64,000 bases of DNA from Lingula anatina (lineage: Eukaryota; Animalia; Brachiopoda), in NCBI GenBank assembly GCA_051362555.1, contig CM120648.1, positions 7,002,587 through 7,066,586 of the forward strand, written 5' to 3'. Position 1 is the first letter of the stretch; each line of letters starts with the position of its first letter. The translations under genes were made by a program, and so were the position numbers. This document shows positions 1 to 12,179 of this stretch, piece after piece. The notes under the pieces were generated by a model. The model made no database searches, was not told where the DNA came from, and saw only the letters and a list, made by a program, of their open reading frames with translations.

Positions 1-147
1 CGTGATTCAGCTATTTTAACAAAAGCACTTGCTGGAATGAAAGCGCGGAGAAGGCTGGGAAGTTTTAGGGTAAATTTTGGGAAAAGTATCCATCGGATCG
101 CTTTCTATACCAAGTGTTCATAAACTGTTTGTAATTACTCGCTCACG

Positions 148-152
<5 letters not shown>

Positions 153-189
<37 letters not shown>
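153..189. repeat. (AG)n microsatellite
   Basis: Seen directly. Other microsatellites: (TA)n 1241-1290 and 61191-61255; (AAT)n 1529-1569; (ATT)n 11717-11759 and 12095-12179; (TTTA)n 16834-16885. Confidence 0.95.
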
Positions 190-192
<3 letters not shown>

Positions 193-721
193 GAAAATGT
201 GGTACATACACAGGATTTAGGCAATGATAACTTTTATAAAAAGTATTTATTTTTAAAAGTGAAATGATTAAAATCATAAGATTTTAATTGTAAGTTAACA
301 TCCTCTGTAATGACAGTACAGAGAAACAGCTGAAATATAGCACTCTTTGGAAGCATGGATACTTCGCAAATTTTTATCAAACAAAAACTGCAATTGTTTT
401 GCATAAAGTTAGTGCCAATTTAAGTCCTCCTTATTCTTATATCACTTGTTTCCCTTAGTAGTGACAATTCTTTTGTGCCGAAATATGTAGGAGGAGAGTT
501 GCTTGTTATATAACTAAGAAGTTTTTCGGTTATTTTTTACCATTGCTAATTCTCTGCACGTAGTACTTCTGACCAGCCACTTGTACATTTTACAAATTTC
601 CAATAATTAACAAATTGTCAAATCACTCGGGTTCACTACACCAGTTTTCTCTTCAAGACTTCAGCTCTGCTGACAATCTTTTGTTCACAATAAATAATTA
701 AATAAATTTTCCATCACATAT

Positions 722-1236
722 TCACTTCCTTCCCATGGTGGCGGCTATTCTTTTGCGTATGTCGGCTACGTTGCCCCCCTTAAATTTCCCAGGCGTCTTG
801 GCTCTGTCTCCGTCAAACCCCATGGTGGTACTGGTACTGCTCATGTAGGAAGGCAGAGACGCAGGTTGGGGTGGAGGGTGCGGCACGCTGTAACTGTTTC
901 CCGCGCTATTGCTGCGCTGACCCGGACTGTCCTTGGGACTGTCCTGTCTTGCTGCAGAGACCCCTGGTGACAAGCTGGCGGCCCGCTGACTCTGGCCATA
1001 CCCAGCTGAAATCAAAATGATGAAGAAAATGATGATATATATGTAATTGTTTTACATACAATTTCCCGACAAATCCAAATTCCTCGAAAATTAGAAAAAA
1101 ATAATTCCCTCTACTCATGATTAATTGCAAGGCCCATAAGGTACCTGCATTTAGGCTTGATGTTTGATACCATATCTGATTTTTGAATTACTTTGTACCT
1201 GTATCAAATTCTGAAGCTGTGCAAATAAATAAATAA

Positions 1237-1292
<56 letters not shown>

Positions 1293-1525
1293 CTCAAATT
1301 TGGTAATTAATTCTTACTTGCTGGCTTTTTATACTGCAGAAGCTCTTCTTTCAGTGCACTCAAAGCCTCCGTCAGTTCAAACCTTTCCTCACACTCCCTG
1401 CGTACAGTGTCCTGTAGTAAATCATTCTGAAAAAGAAATTATTATATCACAAAATGTTTTTTATTTCTCATTTTTACCATGAATCTAATGTTCCAAGTTT
1501 TTTTCTTCATTGCTTTAATGTGCTA

Positions 1526-1571
<46 letters not shown>

Positions 1572-4500
1572 TACACATGCAGAATTAACCTCAGTACCAT
1601 ATTAAACTTCTTTATCAAATCTTAATGATATAAAGTACTTTCATGTGATTTTTAGAATCATTAACCAGTCAATACTCACATCTTCTTTGGCGTTCGCAAG
1701 CTGCTGTTCTAAACTGCTGACTTCACCCCTAAGCTCTTCCATCATCTGATCCTTCCCCCTCAGATCTCCTTTCAGTTTGAGGGCAACTTCATCACTTTCA
1801 AAATCAACTTTACCTAAATGGAGGTATTATTATAATTGTTAATTATGGTTAATTCTGCAGACACTAAAGTAAAACTTTTTTTCTTTTTGGGCAACTTTTA
1901 ACACAAATGTCACTTTTAAGTAGTGGTACATGTATACATATGTTAACAGAAGCTGTTAAGCAGATTTTTTTCATCACTGAAGTGTTAAAGATTTAGTGGT
2001 CAGTACCTTGAGAAAAGTGCCATTTGTAAAGTTCACCTTTGGACTTAAAAACTCCAATATCATTTCCCAATGTTTGTTTTTTCATTTTATAACAATACAA
2101 TACAATACAATACAATAAAATAAAATATTCATCCAAACACAATCACCCCCCCCCCCAAAAAACAAAAAAAAAAAAAATACAAGAAAGAAATACACTTTTC
2201 TACTAAGATGCTAAAGTCAGCTATAATCTTCAGTTTTATATCACGCTAGTCGCTCTCCACACCTAGCCTCTCTTCCAGCTCAGCTATGATAGTTTTCAGA
2301 TTGCCAATCTCCTCTCTCAGAGAGTTCTCCATGTGTGTGCTGTTAGCTCTACACTCCCTGAGCTGTCTCTGAACCTCCACCATTTCAGCTTTGTGCTTAC
2401 TGCCGAGCATGGTCAGTTCAGACTGGACCTGGAAGGGAACGGGATGGAGTTGGGTGCATGTAGACAGAGACATGAACCAGTCTGGGTTTTGTTCCTGTCT
2501 GAATCCACAGATTGTCATTCAGTGCATTCAGACAGAAAAGTAGAGTGATTTTTAAATAAGTTAATTATTATTTTTATTGAAATTTGCAGATTGTCTTTCG
2601 GTGTTGAACATACTGGTGTGAATTAACATCCCTGCACGAATGCCCACTGTTCTTGGGCACATTCACACAGGAATATAAACCCTGATTGCCTTAGGTCCAT
2701 ATCACACTTAGCATGTTCAGATACGATTTATGTTGAAACTTTTTACGGTTATAAAAACATGTCAAAAGCTGACATAAATTATGTGAGTTGCAAGGCTGCA
2801 TATAGAACTCTAATAAGCAAAGATACATGGGTTGCCAGCAAAATAAAATTTCCCCACACAGAGAAACATCTTTCCTACAGTAACTGTTGTTTCTTAAATA
2901 ATTAATTGCCAGGCATCGAATGCTGGTATACTGGTTGGCGGCTGCATAATTCATAGCTTGACATTCAAGACATATATTGAACAAAACTGAGAATGCTTTT
3001 GTATTATTTTATAAAAACAATTTCCTATAAAGACATTAACAATGTTTTTGGGATATGCTATGGCATGGTAATAATCCTTCACCCTTAGTTTTATGAATTG
3101 CTCATATTAATCTATTATTTCATTTTTTAAATCTGAGGTTACTTTTTCCATGCATCATTTCTTTATATGTACTTTATAGGGTAAGGGTAAGCCTTTCAGC
3201 TCTGCACTAACATAATTTCATTTTAAAAAAATCAGTTATTTCTCTTATCAGATATGACATGTACAAATAAATATCAATGTATATAATTTACCTTTGATTC
3301 ATTGTTTTTATTTTCTCTTACATATTTTTCCACCAACTCCTGGTGCTTTTCTTTTTCAATTTGCATTTCCTACAAGAAAAAACAATCAACTGCAGAAATT
3401 TCATTATAATTTATCAAACTTGGCCAGTCACAAAATTAACAACTGCTGGCTTTTAACAGTTTTAATTTGCAATGAGTGCCAGTAATAAATAAAAAATTGA
3501 TTGCTTTTAATTAATACATTAATATTGTTTAATTAGTTTTATGTTGATAACATACATACCATGACAAAGTTTTCCTTCAACTTCTCCTCAAGTAATCTTA
3601 TTTCGGCAGCATGTTTTTGCCTTTCTGATCTCAGTGCTTCTTCAAGCTACAGCAAATACATTAGAAATATCAGCTAGAAAAGTACTCACATGTCCTTCAC
3701 TAATTAATCAACCAATTATTGGATCTCAACAACAGCTTTCAAGTTAGCCCATTTCTGGCCTCTCCTAAAAACAAGAATCCATCCAAGTCAGGCTTTAGAC
3801 TTACACCTAACAAAGACTCTACCATAACCTCCTTAATGGAGGAAATAAATTCTATCAAATTCCTGTTGCTGTTAAATTCACATGCAGAGTATGATTTTTT
3901 TTTTTTTGGTTGTGGTATTTATATACGAATGTGTAAACAGTTTTACTAGCAGAAAAAATAAGCACAATAAAGATGTCTATTTTAGAGTGCTGTTGACAAA
4001 TTTATGATAAGTGGCAGTATTATCCAAAAAACAAATCTGTTCTCAACATGACACATGCATACAAACACAAGATTACACACCCACACATACACATGCACAC
4101 ACACACATACATATACACAAGAATACACACAAAAATTACCTTTTCTGGCCATTGTTCACTGTCCTGTATCTTCCTCCTAAAGCTGTCTTTGAGCTGCTCT
4201 ATTCTATTCTGATGAGACAGGATCATGGACTCTCTAAGCATGAAACATAACAGGTGGAAATATTAGTATCTCTCAGCAAGCTACACCATGAAAAAAGGCC
4301 CTCATCACAGCACAGGTTAGTTGTTCTGAACTAAACAGCTGAGATAAGAAAAAGTGTTTTAAGATTAACTAACCTAAATATTATGAACAACATGAGAGCC
4401 ACCAACGGTGACAGTAGCAATATTAATGCCAAGGTACAAAGGCCAGTTACCTTTCTGCCTTTAGAGCCATCAGCTCTTCCTGTGTTCTATAAAGTGCTGC

Positions 4501-7500
4501 TTTCATTTCCTCTGTTTTATCTGAAATTGCAGATTGAAACCCAAGTTGTGTTCATTAAGGTCTGTTTTCAGAAAATTAATTTCATTCTGACAAGCATTTT
4601 TGGTGTTAATCGCATGCAGCTATTATTTAATGACTGGTACATGTAGGAATTAAAAATAAAGACTGACTTGTTTAAGATGAACAGCATTTTCCTTAATAAG
4701 ATCAACATCAATGGTTGGTTTCATAAAAGAACAGAAGTCAAAAGTCGAGGCTAACTTTGAGAAGATTTTTGGTTGTTTTGCACTTAGTAGGTACAGAATG
4801 ATATAATGTCAGACTCTGTTCTACCAGAAATAAAGTAAGAAAAATGGCTATTATGTAAGAAAAATAACTGCTGTATCTACACCACCTAATGTACATATGT
4901 ATATTGATCATAGGCCAATTTTTCATCCTAAATTTAGGACCCTCCTTCACCTCGAGTTCTTTTTATGAAAACCATCTCTCATTATTGTAAACTCACTTTC
5001 TGTGGCAGACGCCTTGTTTTTTATCTCCTGCTCAGTTCTCCAATTTTTTTTATCGTAAATTTAGGATCGTCCTTCAACTTGAGTTCTTTTTTCGAAAACC
5101 ATCTTTCATTATTGTACACTCACTTTCTGTGGCAGACGCCTTGTTTTTTATCTCCTGCTCAGTTCTCCGTTGCTCATCAAACCTCTTTATCAGCACATCT
5201 CTTTCCTTCTCACTCATGGCCAGCTGCGCCTCGGCCGCCTTCAGCTCACGGGTGAGTCTGGTCATGTTAGATTCTGCTGTTTGGTCTCTTTTGCGCTGCT
5301 GTGCTACGGCGTTCTCGACTTCCTGGGATTTGGCCCTGGAACAAAAAGGAAGCACTTTAACTTCAGATCTGATAATGATTACATTTTATTATGATTTTAC
5401 TAGCAATACATGTACACTCTTGATACCTTAGTTGTTCTTTATACTGCTCTGCTTGGAAAGTAACTGCTCTGCATTCTGTGACAGACTTTTCATACTGGTT
5501 TTTCAGGTCTGTAACAAGAAAATCATATGTTAAACCTTTATAAGCTGGCACGATGACTCCGGTCCAAATCAAGACACAACAAGATCCTGCCATATCACAA
5601 AACATGTAATGATTAATTTAAAACAATTTTAACTAATTCACTGGCTTATTAATAATTTAAAAATAATAATTACTACATATTAGAAAATTTCCAACTTTCA
5701 ACTCCATTTACTTTTTCAAAAACAATGGAACCAGTCTATCAAATTTTATTGAATTGTGTAAAGGGTGGGATACATGAGACATCCCACTAGGCCTCAAAAA
5801 CATAATCACTAGGTGATATGGTAATCAACTGGTGATGCTTTTAAATATGGAAAAGCTCTAATAAAAAAATCACACAAATACAAAATAATAATAAATATGA
5901 TAAATTTCAAGCTCACTTGTGAATTCCTTTTGCAATGCGTCTCTCTCCTGTAACAAGATGGCAGCTTGGTCGTGCTCAGTTTTCAGTTTGTCTTGCTGTG
6001 ATTTATAGTTTGTCACAGTGTCTGTCAGCTCTGCTAACTTCCCCTGTAACACCTGGTTCTCCTTCTCCAGCTCTGTGACTTTTGTTTTAGACTTCTGTGT
6101 TTCTGGGAGTAAACAGAAAATCAGTTAATTATCAAGGATGGGGGCAGTTAATGTCTCATAATTTTCACTGATATTAGCTGCACAAAATGACCCTAGCATA
6201 CCTGAAAGTTCAGCAGAACAAATCTTGTGGACAGCGGTCTTGACCCTGGCAAACTCCTCCTTTGTTATGCGGTCTCTATGTTCAACAAATGTCTGGATGT
6301 TCTGAAGACTGGATTTCTGCTGTTGAAGGGTCAGTATCAAAGGGGGAAGACTCTGACGCAGGGAATTCAGCTTTAACCTGTATTTGCATAGTAAAAAAAT
6401 TAATTAGTTAAATGAATAAATAAATATATTAAATAAATGAATAAATAAGTAAATAAATAATATTTATTGAATGGGACACTTATGTTCATTCGTCTACACA
6501 AGAAATTAAGTTTTGAAAAACAAACAAATTAATAAAATTTACATTTATCATTTAATAATTGATGGAATGGATTTTATTTCACCAGATATGTTTTTGCTGA
6601 GAACCCCAAAAATATTGGTTTAAATTTCACATACAACAATTTGCCCAAAACATATTAATGCTCAACTAGGCCAAAAATAGTTATCTCCTCATATTTTGGT
6701 ATACATTTTGGTATACAACTGTTGTAGTAAAAGAGTTAGAAAACTGCTACAGATTATGCATTTACACTAAATCTCAGATATAACAGTATTCTTCCAACTT
6801 CAAACTTTTTTCAATACCTGCACTTTTCTCCATCTTGAATGCTTTTTCCAAGCCTTTCCTCCAATTCTTTTGAAGATGATTTTAATCTGTTTATGTTTTC
6901 TTCTTTGTCACTGACTTGTTGTTTCAGTTTTGACAAACTGAAATTATCATGCACATTGATAATTCCAATGTAAATGAAATTGTACACAATGACAATGAAA
7001 ACGCCGTAATATAGTTTGATTTACTTTATAAAAATCAAGCGACAGCTGCACTGATGCTAACTGGTTTCTAGAAAAATTGTTGAAGATAAAACTGCCAGAA
7101 TAAGATGTGCTATAATGGTGAGCCCTAAATATTCCATCAAGATTCTTTCTGTCTTTTACAATGAGCTGAATGATATAAATATAATCACCATCAATGAAAA
7201 AAAATATTCCATAGTTAAGAGCACAGGCCACAATACATACATGGCATCTTTAGCTTCTATTGTTTGTTTTTGTTCTTCAAATTTATCCTGAACAACTTTG
7301 AGCTCTTGTCTCATCAGTCTTTCTTTTTCTTCGCATCCCTAGAAGTTGAAATAAAGTTCTGAATGATTTACAAGCATTTTAGATTTGTCAGCCATCTTCA
7401 TTTCAGCTGTTAACTCTTGTGTACCTCCAAAGCTCCCAACGTGATGGAACTCAAAATGTGCAGACTTAAGAACCCTCCCTCCCCCTTTTCCAAAGAACTG

Positions 7501-7880
7501 CTTACTGACCTGAGCTTTTTAATGTATAAATCTCATTTAGATTAGTTTTTAGCACAAACTCTTTGTATTGATCATGTCCTTGATATTAAGGCAAATATCA
7601 ATAAAAGTTTCAATATACCAATATTTTTATTCCAGCCAAAATACAATTAGTAAGTCTAAGAGAAAAAATTTTCTTTAAACATGGCACTTACTTTATAGCG
7701 CTCCAGCTCCTTCTGTGTCGCTGTTAACTTATCCTCTAAAGCCTTGATCTCTCGATGAATGAGATAACTGACACCACAGAACTTGCAAACAGTTTCACCA
7801 CGCTCCATTTTCTGGATCTCCTCAGGGAGCGGGTGCTCGGGTGTGTGATACTCAAACTTCTCTCCATCATTATTTGCCAT
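722..7880 (-). CDS. LEKR1: Leucine-, glutamate- and lysine-rich protein 1 (coiled-coil), 15 coding exons
   Basis: N-terminal HPLPEEIQKMERGETVCKFCGVSYLIHREIK and C-terminal LQDTVRRECEERFELTEALS match my recollection of LEKR1. Phase-consistent GT-AG exons: 7880-7692, 7338-7241, 6937-6818, 6377-6202, 6102-5917, 5508-5427, 5335-5124, 4520-4451, 4233-4140, 3646-3560, 3369-3292, 2428-2263, 1813-1680, 1426-1318, 1005-722. Start is ATG 7880 if the AG at 7887-7888 is an acceptor, otherwise 7892. AATAAA on the minus strand at 246-251. Confidence 0.9.
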
Positions 7881-8316
7881 TGCAGTCTTCATTATGGTGG
7901 GGAATATAAAATTAATAAATATATAAGTATGCCAACTTCATATGCAGAGAAAGAGAGAGAGGGGGGAGAGCCAGAGAGAGAGAAACGGGGGGACGATAAT
8001 TATGAGTGAGTTTGAAAAGTTATTATGAGAGAGAGGGGGGAGAGAGAAAGGGGGAGAGACGTTGAACGTCGGAATAAAAATAAATAAAAATAAATAAAAC
8101 TTTTTTTAAAAATACAAAGGTAGTTAAAGTAAAGAATCCACCTATCTGGATGCTACTGGTGCTCTGTGCTTGTCCTTTAAAAACTAGCCTTTGATTCCTT
8201 TATTTCATTAGTGGACTGTAAAGTTACCTTCAACGGTCAACTTCCTCTCTTGTCTGTCTGAACCAGGGGTAATCCTAGAGAGGGGTAAGAAACGTCCATT
8301 GTTCTCGTCAGTGAGG

Positions 8317-8655
8317 CTAACCAAATTCAGGGTATGTACGCACAGACAGAAAACCATGTATTGTGGGAACGTAACTAATGAAGCCACTGGTAGTACTAGT
8401 AGATATCAGTCTGTAGTCTTGAACAAGCACCTCCTTGACGAGTGAACAGTTGTCAAAAACAAAAGACCCAGGTGTGGTAGATCGACTACTGTTCGCGCGT
8501 GCCGCAAAGACCAAGCCTAATTGCCCCTCAAGGTCACTAACTAATATCCGGTGCTGACGGTTAGGCTCGTCATAATCATATAAGTAGCGCGTTTCCACCC
8601 CCTGTCTGAACTTCAAAGGAGGCGGCCATGATGAATCCAATGAAAACAATTCCAT
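8317..8655 (-). CDS. Candidate 112-aa upstream ORF or small unknown protein in the putative LEKR1 leader exon
   Basis: ATG-initiated, non-repetitive ORF in a GC-raised segment. The segment ends at a good donor (GAAG/GTAACT, exon end 8228) pointing to LEKR1 exon 2. No family recognised. Confidence 0.35.
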   Translation of the reverse strand: MELFSLDSSWPPPLKFRQGVETRYLYDYDEPNRQHRILVSDLEGQLGLVFAARANSSRSTTPGSFVFDNCSLVKEVLVQDYRLISTSTTSGFISYVPTIHGFLSVRTYPEFG

Positions 8656-8659
8656 CCGG

Positions 8660-8901
8660 GTACCTGATTCTTACTGATGTAAGAAAAGTGCACAAACATT
8701 AGGTGATATATGTCACAAGTCTATCAATAGTTGTAACTGAGTCAGTAATTTAGAATGTTTTGCATAAGCTTATAAATTTTGCTAATATATTTATTTTTAA
8801 AACGGAGAACAAAGCACTCTGGGTAAAGCGGGAAGTATGGCGACCGAGAGCAGACAATTTTCTGTCATAGAATCAAGAAAACATATTTCTTTCCGTTACT
8901 G
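8660..8901. promoter_or_regulatory. Bidirectional promoter region LEKR1/USP48 and first USP48 leader exon (to donor at 8901)
   Basis: Head-to-head genes. ETS-like GCGGGAAGT and YY1-like ATGGCG motifs at 8828-8842. Donor CTG/GTAAGG at 8901/8902 and acceptor CCAG at 9387-9390, two nt before the USP48 ATG. Confidence 0.55.
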
Positions 8902-9392
8902 GTAAGGATATTGAATCAGCTGCACAATTTATTTATTCATGATATACCATACAACAATTGCAATTCTATGAAATGATATTAATGGAATGTAAACTTTGTG
9001 TTTTGGTAAAACAATTCATTTTCCTACGTTTGCTGTCACAGCTGCAATGTTTATAATTTTTCGGCTTTGGAAGTACAGAAGCTTTCTCGTCAGAATTTTC
9101 ATATAATATTCTAACGGGTTAAACGAATGGTGTATCCAAAAATTCATGCGTTTTACTATAAATGTCGCAGCTGGAAAACGAGAAGAGTGTAGTATTTGTA
9201 CCACCACCACACGGCTTAACGTTAAAAAAGTAACTTTGTACATTATTGTCACAACATACATGAGTATTACGGATGAGCCTGGCCCAATGCTTTACCATTG
9301 TCTTTGGCGATGGCAAAATGTATTATGTCAGAGAATGGAGGATTGCCTTGTTTTCTTTTCTTGCTTCCCATTTCTGATTTGTCAATCCAGAC

Positions 9393-11716
9393 ATGGCGCC
9401 CAAGCAGCAGTTGGACAAGGCAGCATGGCAGTGGGCAGAGACAGTGGAGCCAGAGGCAGTGACCTGGGAACATGTGGAGACTGCATACAGGATACACCTG
9501 AAACCTTGTAAACGAGGGGCATGCAGGTATGGTTCTGTTTGTAACCATTCTGACAAGGACACCACCAGTGTTGTGATGTTTTATCTGTAGTCTGATGGTG
9601 ATGATGAGTCTGATTGATATGACTGATATTTTGGGTATAGGATGGCAAAAGATTGGATTTTTTAATGATTTTATTCAATTAAATTAGCAGAATTTTAAAT
9701 TTTCTTTTTGGATCGGTATTTCATTATCTGGTAAATTTAGACTCTGTAGTTACCTCTAGTACATCTGCTAGCAACCAGATTGAGTTTTTGTCAGCTGGCC
9801 CAGGAAAAGTCTTTGGTCCAACAAATGTTCCATAATTGCTGGTTTTGAATATTTGGCTATTTTTAAAAAAAGTTTTCAGCATGCCTGATAATTCATTTCA
9901 GACGTAACTGCAAAGGTAACCCAAACTGTCTGAATTGTCTAGGAGAGAGAGAGTGGCTGGGGGAAATTGATGACTCCAACTGGCATGACATTGAGGATCC
10001 AGAAACTGAAAGACGAAAAGAGGTGATTACATTGGAATATTAAAGGCAACCGTAAATTGAAATGTAGCTCAAAATCCAAAATTCAGTTCTAGATATGACT
10101 TTTACATTTTCAAGTAATTTGTGAGGAAATACATATATATATTTTAAGTAATAACAAAAAAGCAATCTTTAAATCCAATTATCACACAATTAATAAATCA
10201 GTTTATTTATTTGTATTTCAGAATGCATTTGTAGGACTCAAGAACCTTGGTGCTACTTGCTATGTGAACACTTATCTTCAAGTTTGGTTTCACAACCCAA
10301 CATTCCGTGCTGCAATTTATGAATACCAAGATGAAGAAAACAGGAGTGCACTGGGTAAACCTTCATCACTCTAGCCTCTCAATTCATTCCACTTTATACT
10401 AAACCAGAAATATTTCTCACACAATTCTTTTATTAGCAGGACATATTTTAAATTTTAAATTTAAAATTTTCTGTCTGGTAGGCAAGAAAAAAATCATCTA
10501 CGTAACTTTTAATTAGTTATCTCTATTCATGTATTCAATCACAGCAGTGTTTGTATGATGAACACAGTTATTTCAGATCTTTTTACAAAACTTCAGAATT
10601 GTTAGCCAGTGGGTCAGCTGCTGACACATCCTTATATGGTTCTGTCAAACCCCAAAGTGCAGTGACTAAGTCCTCAAGATCGTGCCATGTAGTCAGTAAC
10701 AGTGAGGCTGTGACAAGCTCAGTTCAGAAAGCTTCCAGTGATAGCCAGCTTTGCAGAAGACAGAACAGGTGTGAGTCCTCTCAGCCTCGGTATCAGAGTG
10801 AGGCTAATGATGTTGATGATGATAATGTCCAGTTTGTGTCCACTCAAAGTGCAATCAGTGACGGCCGACCTGGTTCCTCACAGAATGTGGTCCAGCAAGG
10901 GTTCTCACAGAGTTCAGCTGGTGGAGTTGGGTCAGTTTCGTCTCCAAGTGCTGCCACTGATGTCCAGTCAGGGAGTGCGGTCAGTGACGTCCAGTCTGCT
11001 TCTTCTGGGAGTTTGGTCAGTGATTTCCAGCCCAAATCTCCTTGTGGTCAACTTCAACTCATCTTTGCTTTGTTGCAGCGCAGTAACAGAAGGTAAGATT
11101 TCTCTGCAAATTAGATAAGAATTGGAGGTACAGATACGCACATATAGGCATCAATATGTCCTGCATGGGTGTGTGCGTGTGTGTGTGTGTGTGCTTGTGT
11201 GTACGTGTATGCATGCACCACATAAACTATTTGCAAAGTTGTCATTGTTTATCAAAGAAGTTTATGTTGGCTGACTTTGTCCTATTGAACCTGTCTCATA
11301 TGAACAGCAACATAGGATCATTTATTTCTTTATCAGCCACTGTGTTATACATTTACCAGGTATATTGACCCCTCTGGCCTAATCCACTGTCTGGGTCTGG
11401 ACGCAGGTCAGCAGCAAGATGCCCAGGAGTTCTGCAAGCTGTTTATGTCCCTGCTTGAGGAGAGCCTGGCCACCCAGGCCAACCCCGCTGTCCGTCACAT
11501 TGTCCAGCAGCAGTTTAGTGGACAGTATGCCTATGTAACCAGGTAGGATTAAGACTTTCACCTGGTGTGCCTCGCCCAGCCAGTGGTACATACCCAGTTA
11601 GTGGTGTTGCCCTTTAGATCTTGTAGTTGGTAGATAGGATGTTGTTTTGTGTGATAAGAATATTTAGACTTACGTGTACAGAGTCATTCTACTGTGTTAA
11701 TAGTATATGGTATAAA

Positions 11717-11759
<43 letters not shown>

Positions 11760-12094
11760 GGTGTCAAGGCTGTGGCAGGTGCTCTGAGAGGATGTCAGAA
11801 TTCAATGAGTTAGACCTGAACATCAAAGGCCACAGAGAACTACCAGAATGTATTGAGGAATTCTTGGAGGTATTGCCATCTGTCACAAAAAGGGCTGAAA
11901 ATAGTGAATATAAATATATATACATTTTGCTGCTATTTTTTTTTTTTTCAGTGCACTGGTATTTTTTTAATAATGTGAATTTTTAAAGCTCTGGTCTTTT
12001 GTACACTTGAATCTGATTTGATGGAAATCAACTGAAATAGCCTCACGCAAACAAGGCGGTTGACACTTAACATCATACAAGACTAGAAAGCATA

Positions 12095-12179
<85 letters not shown>

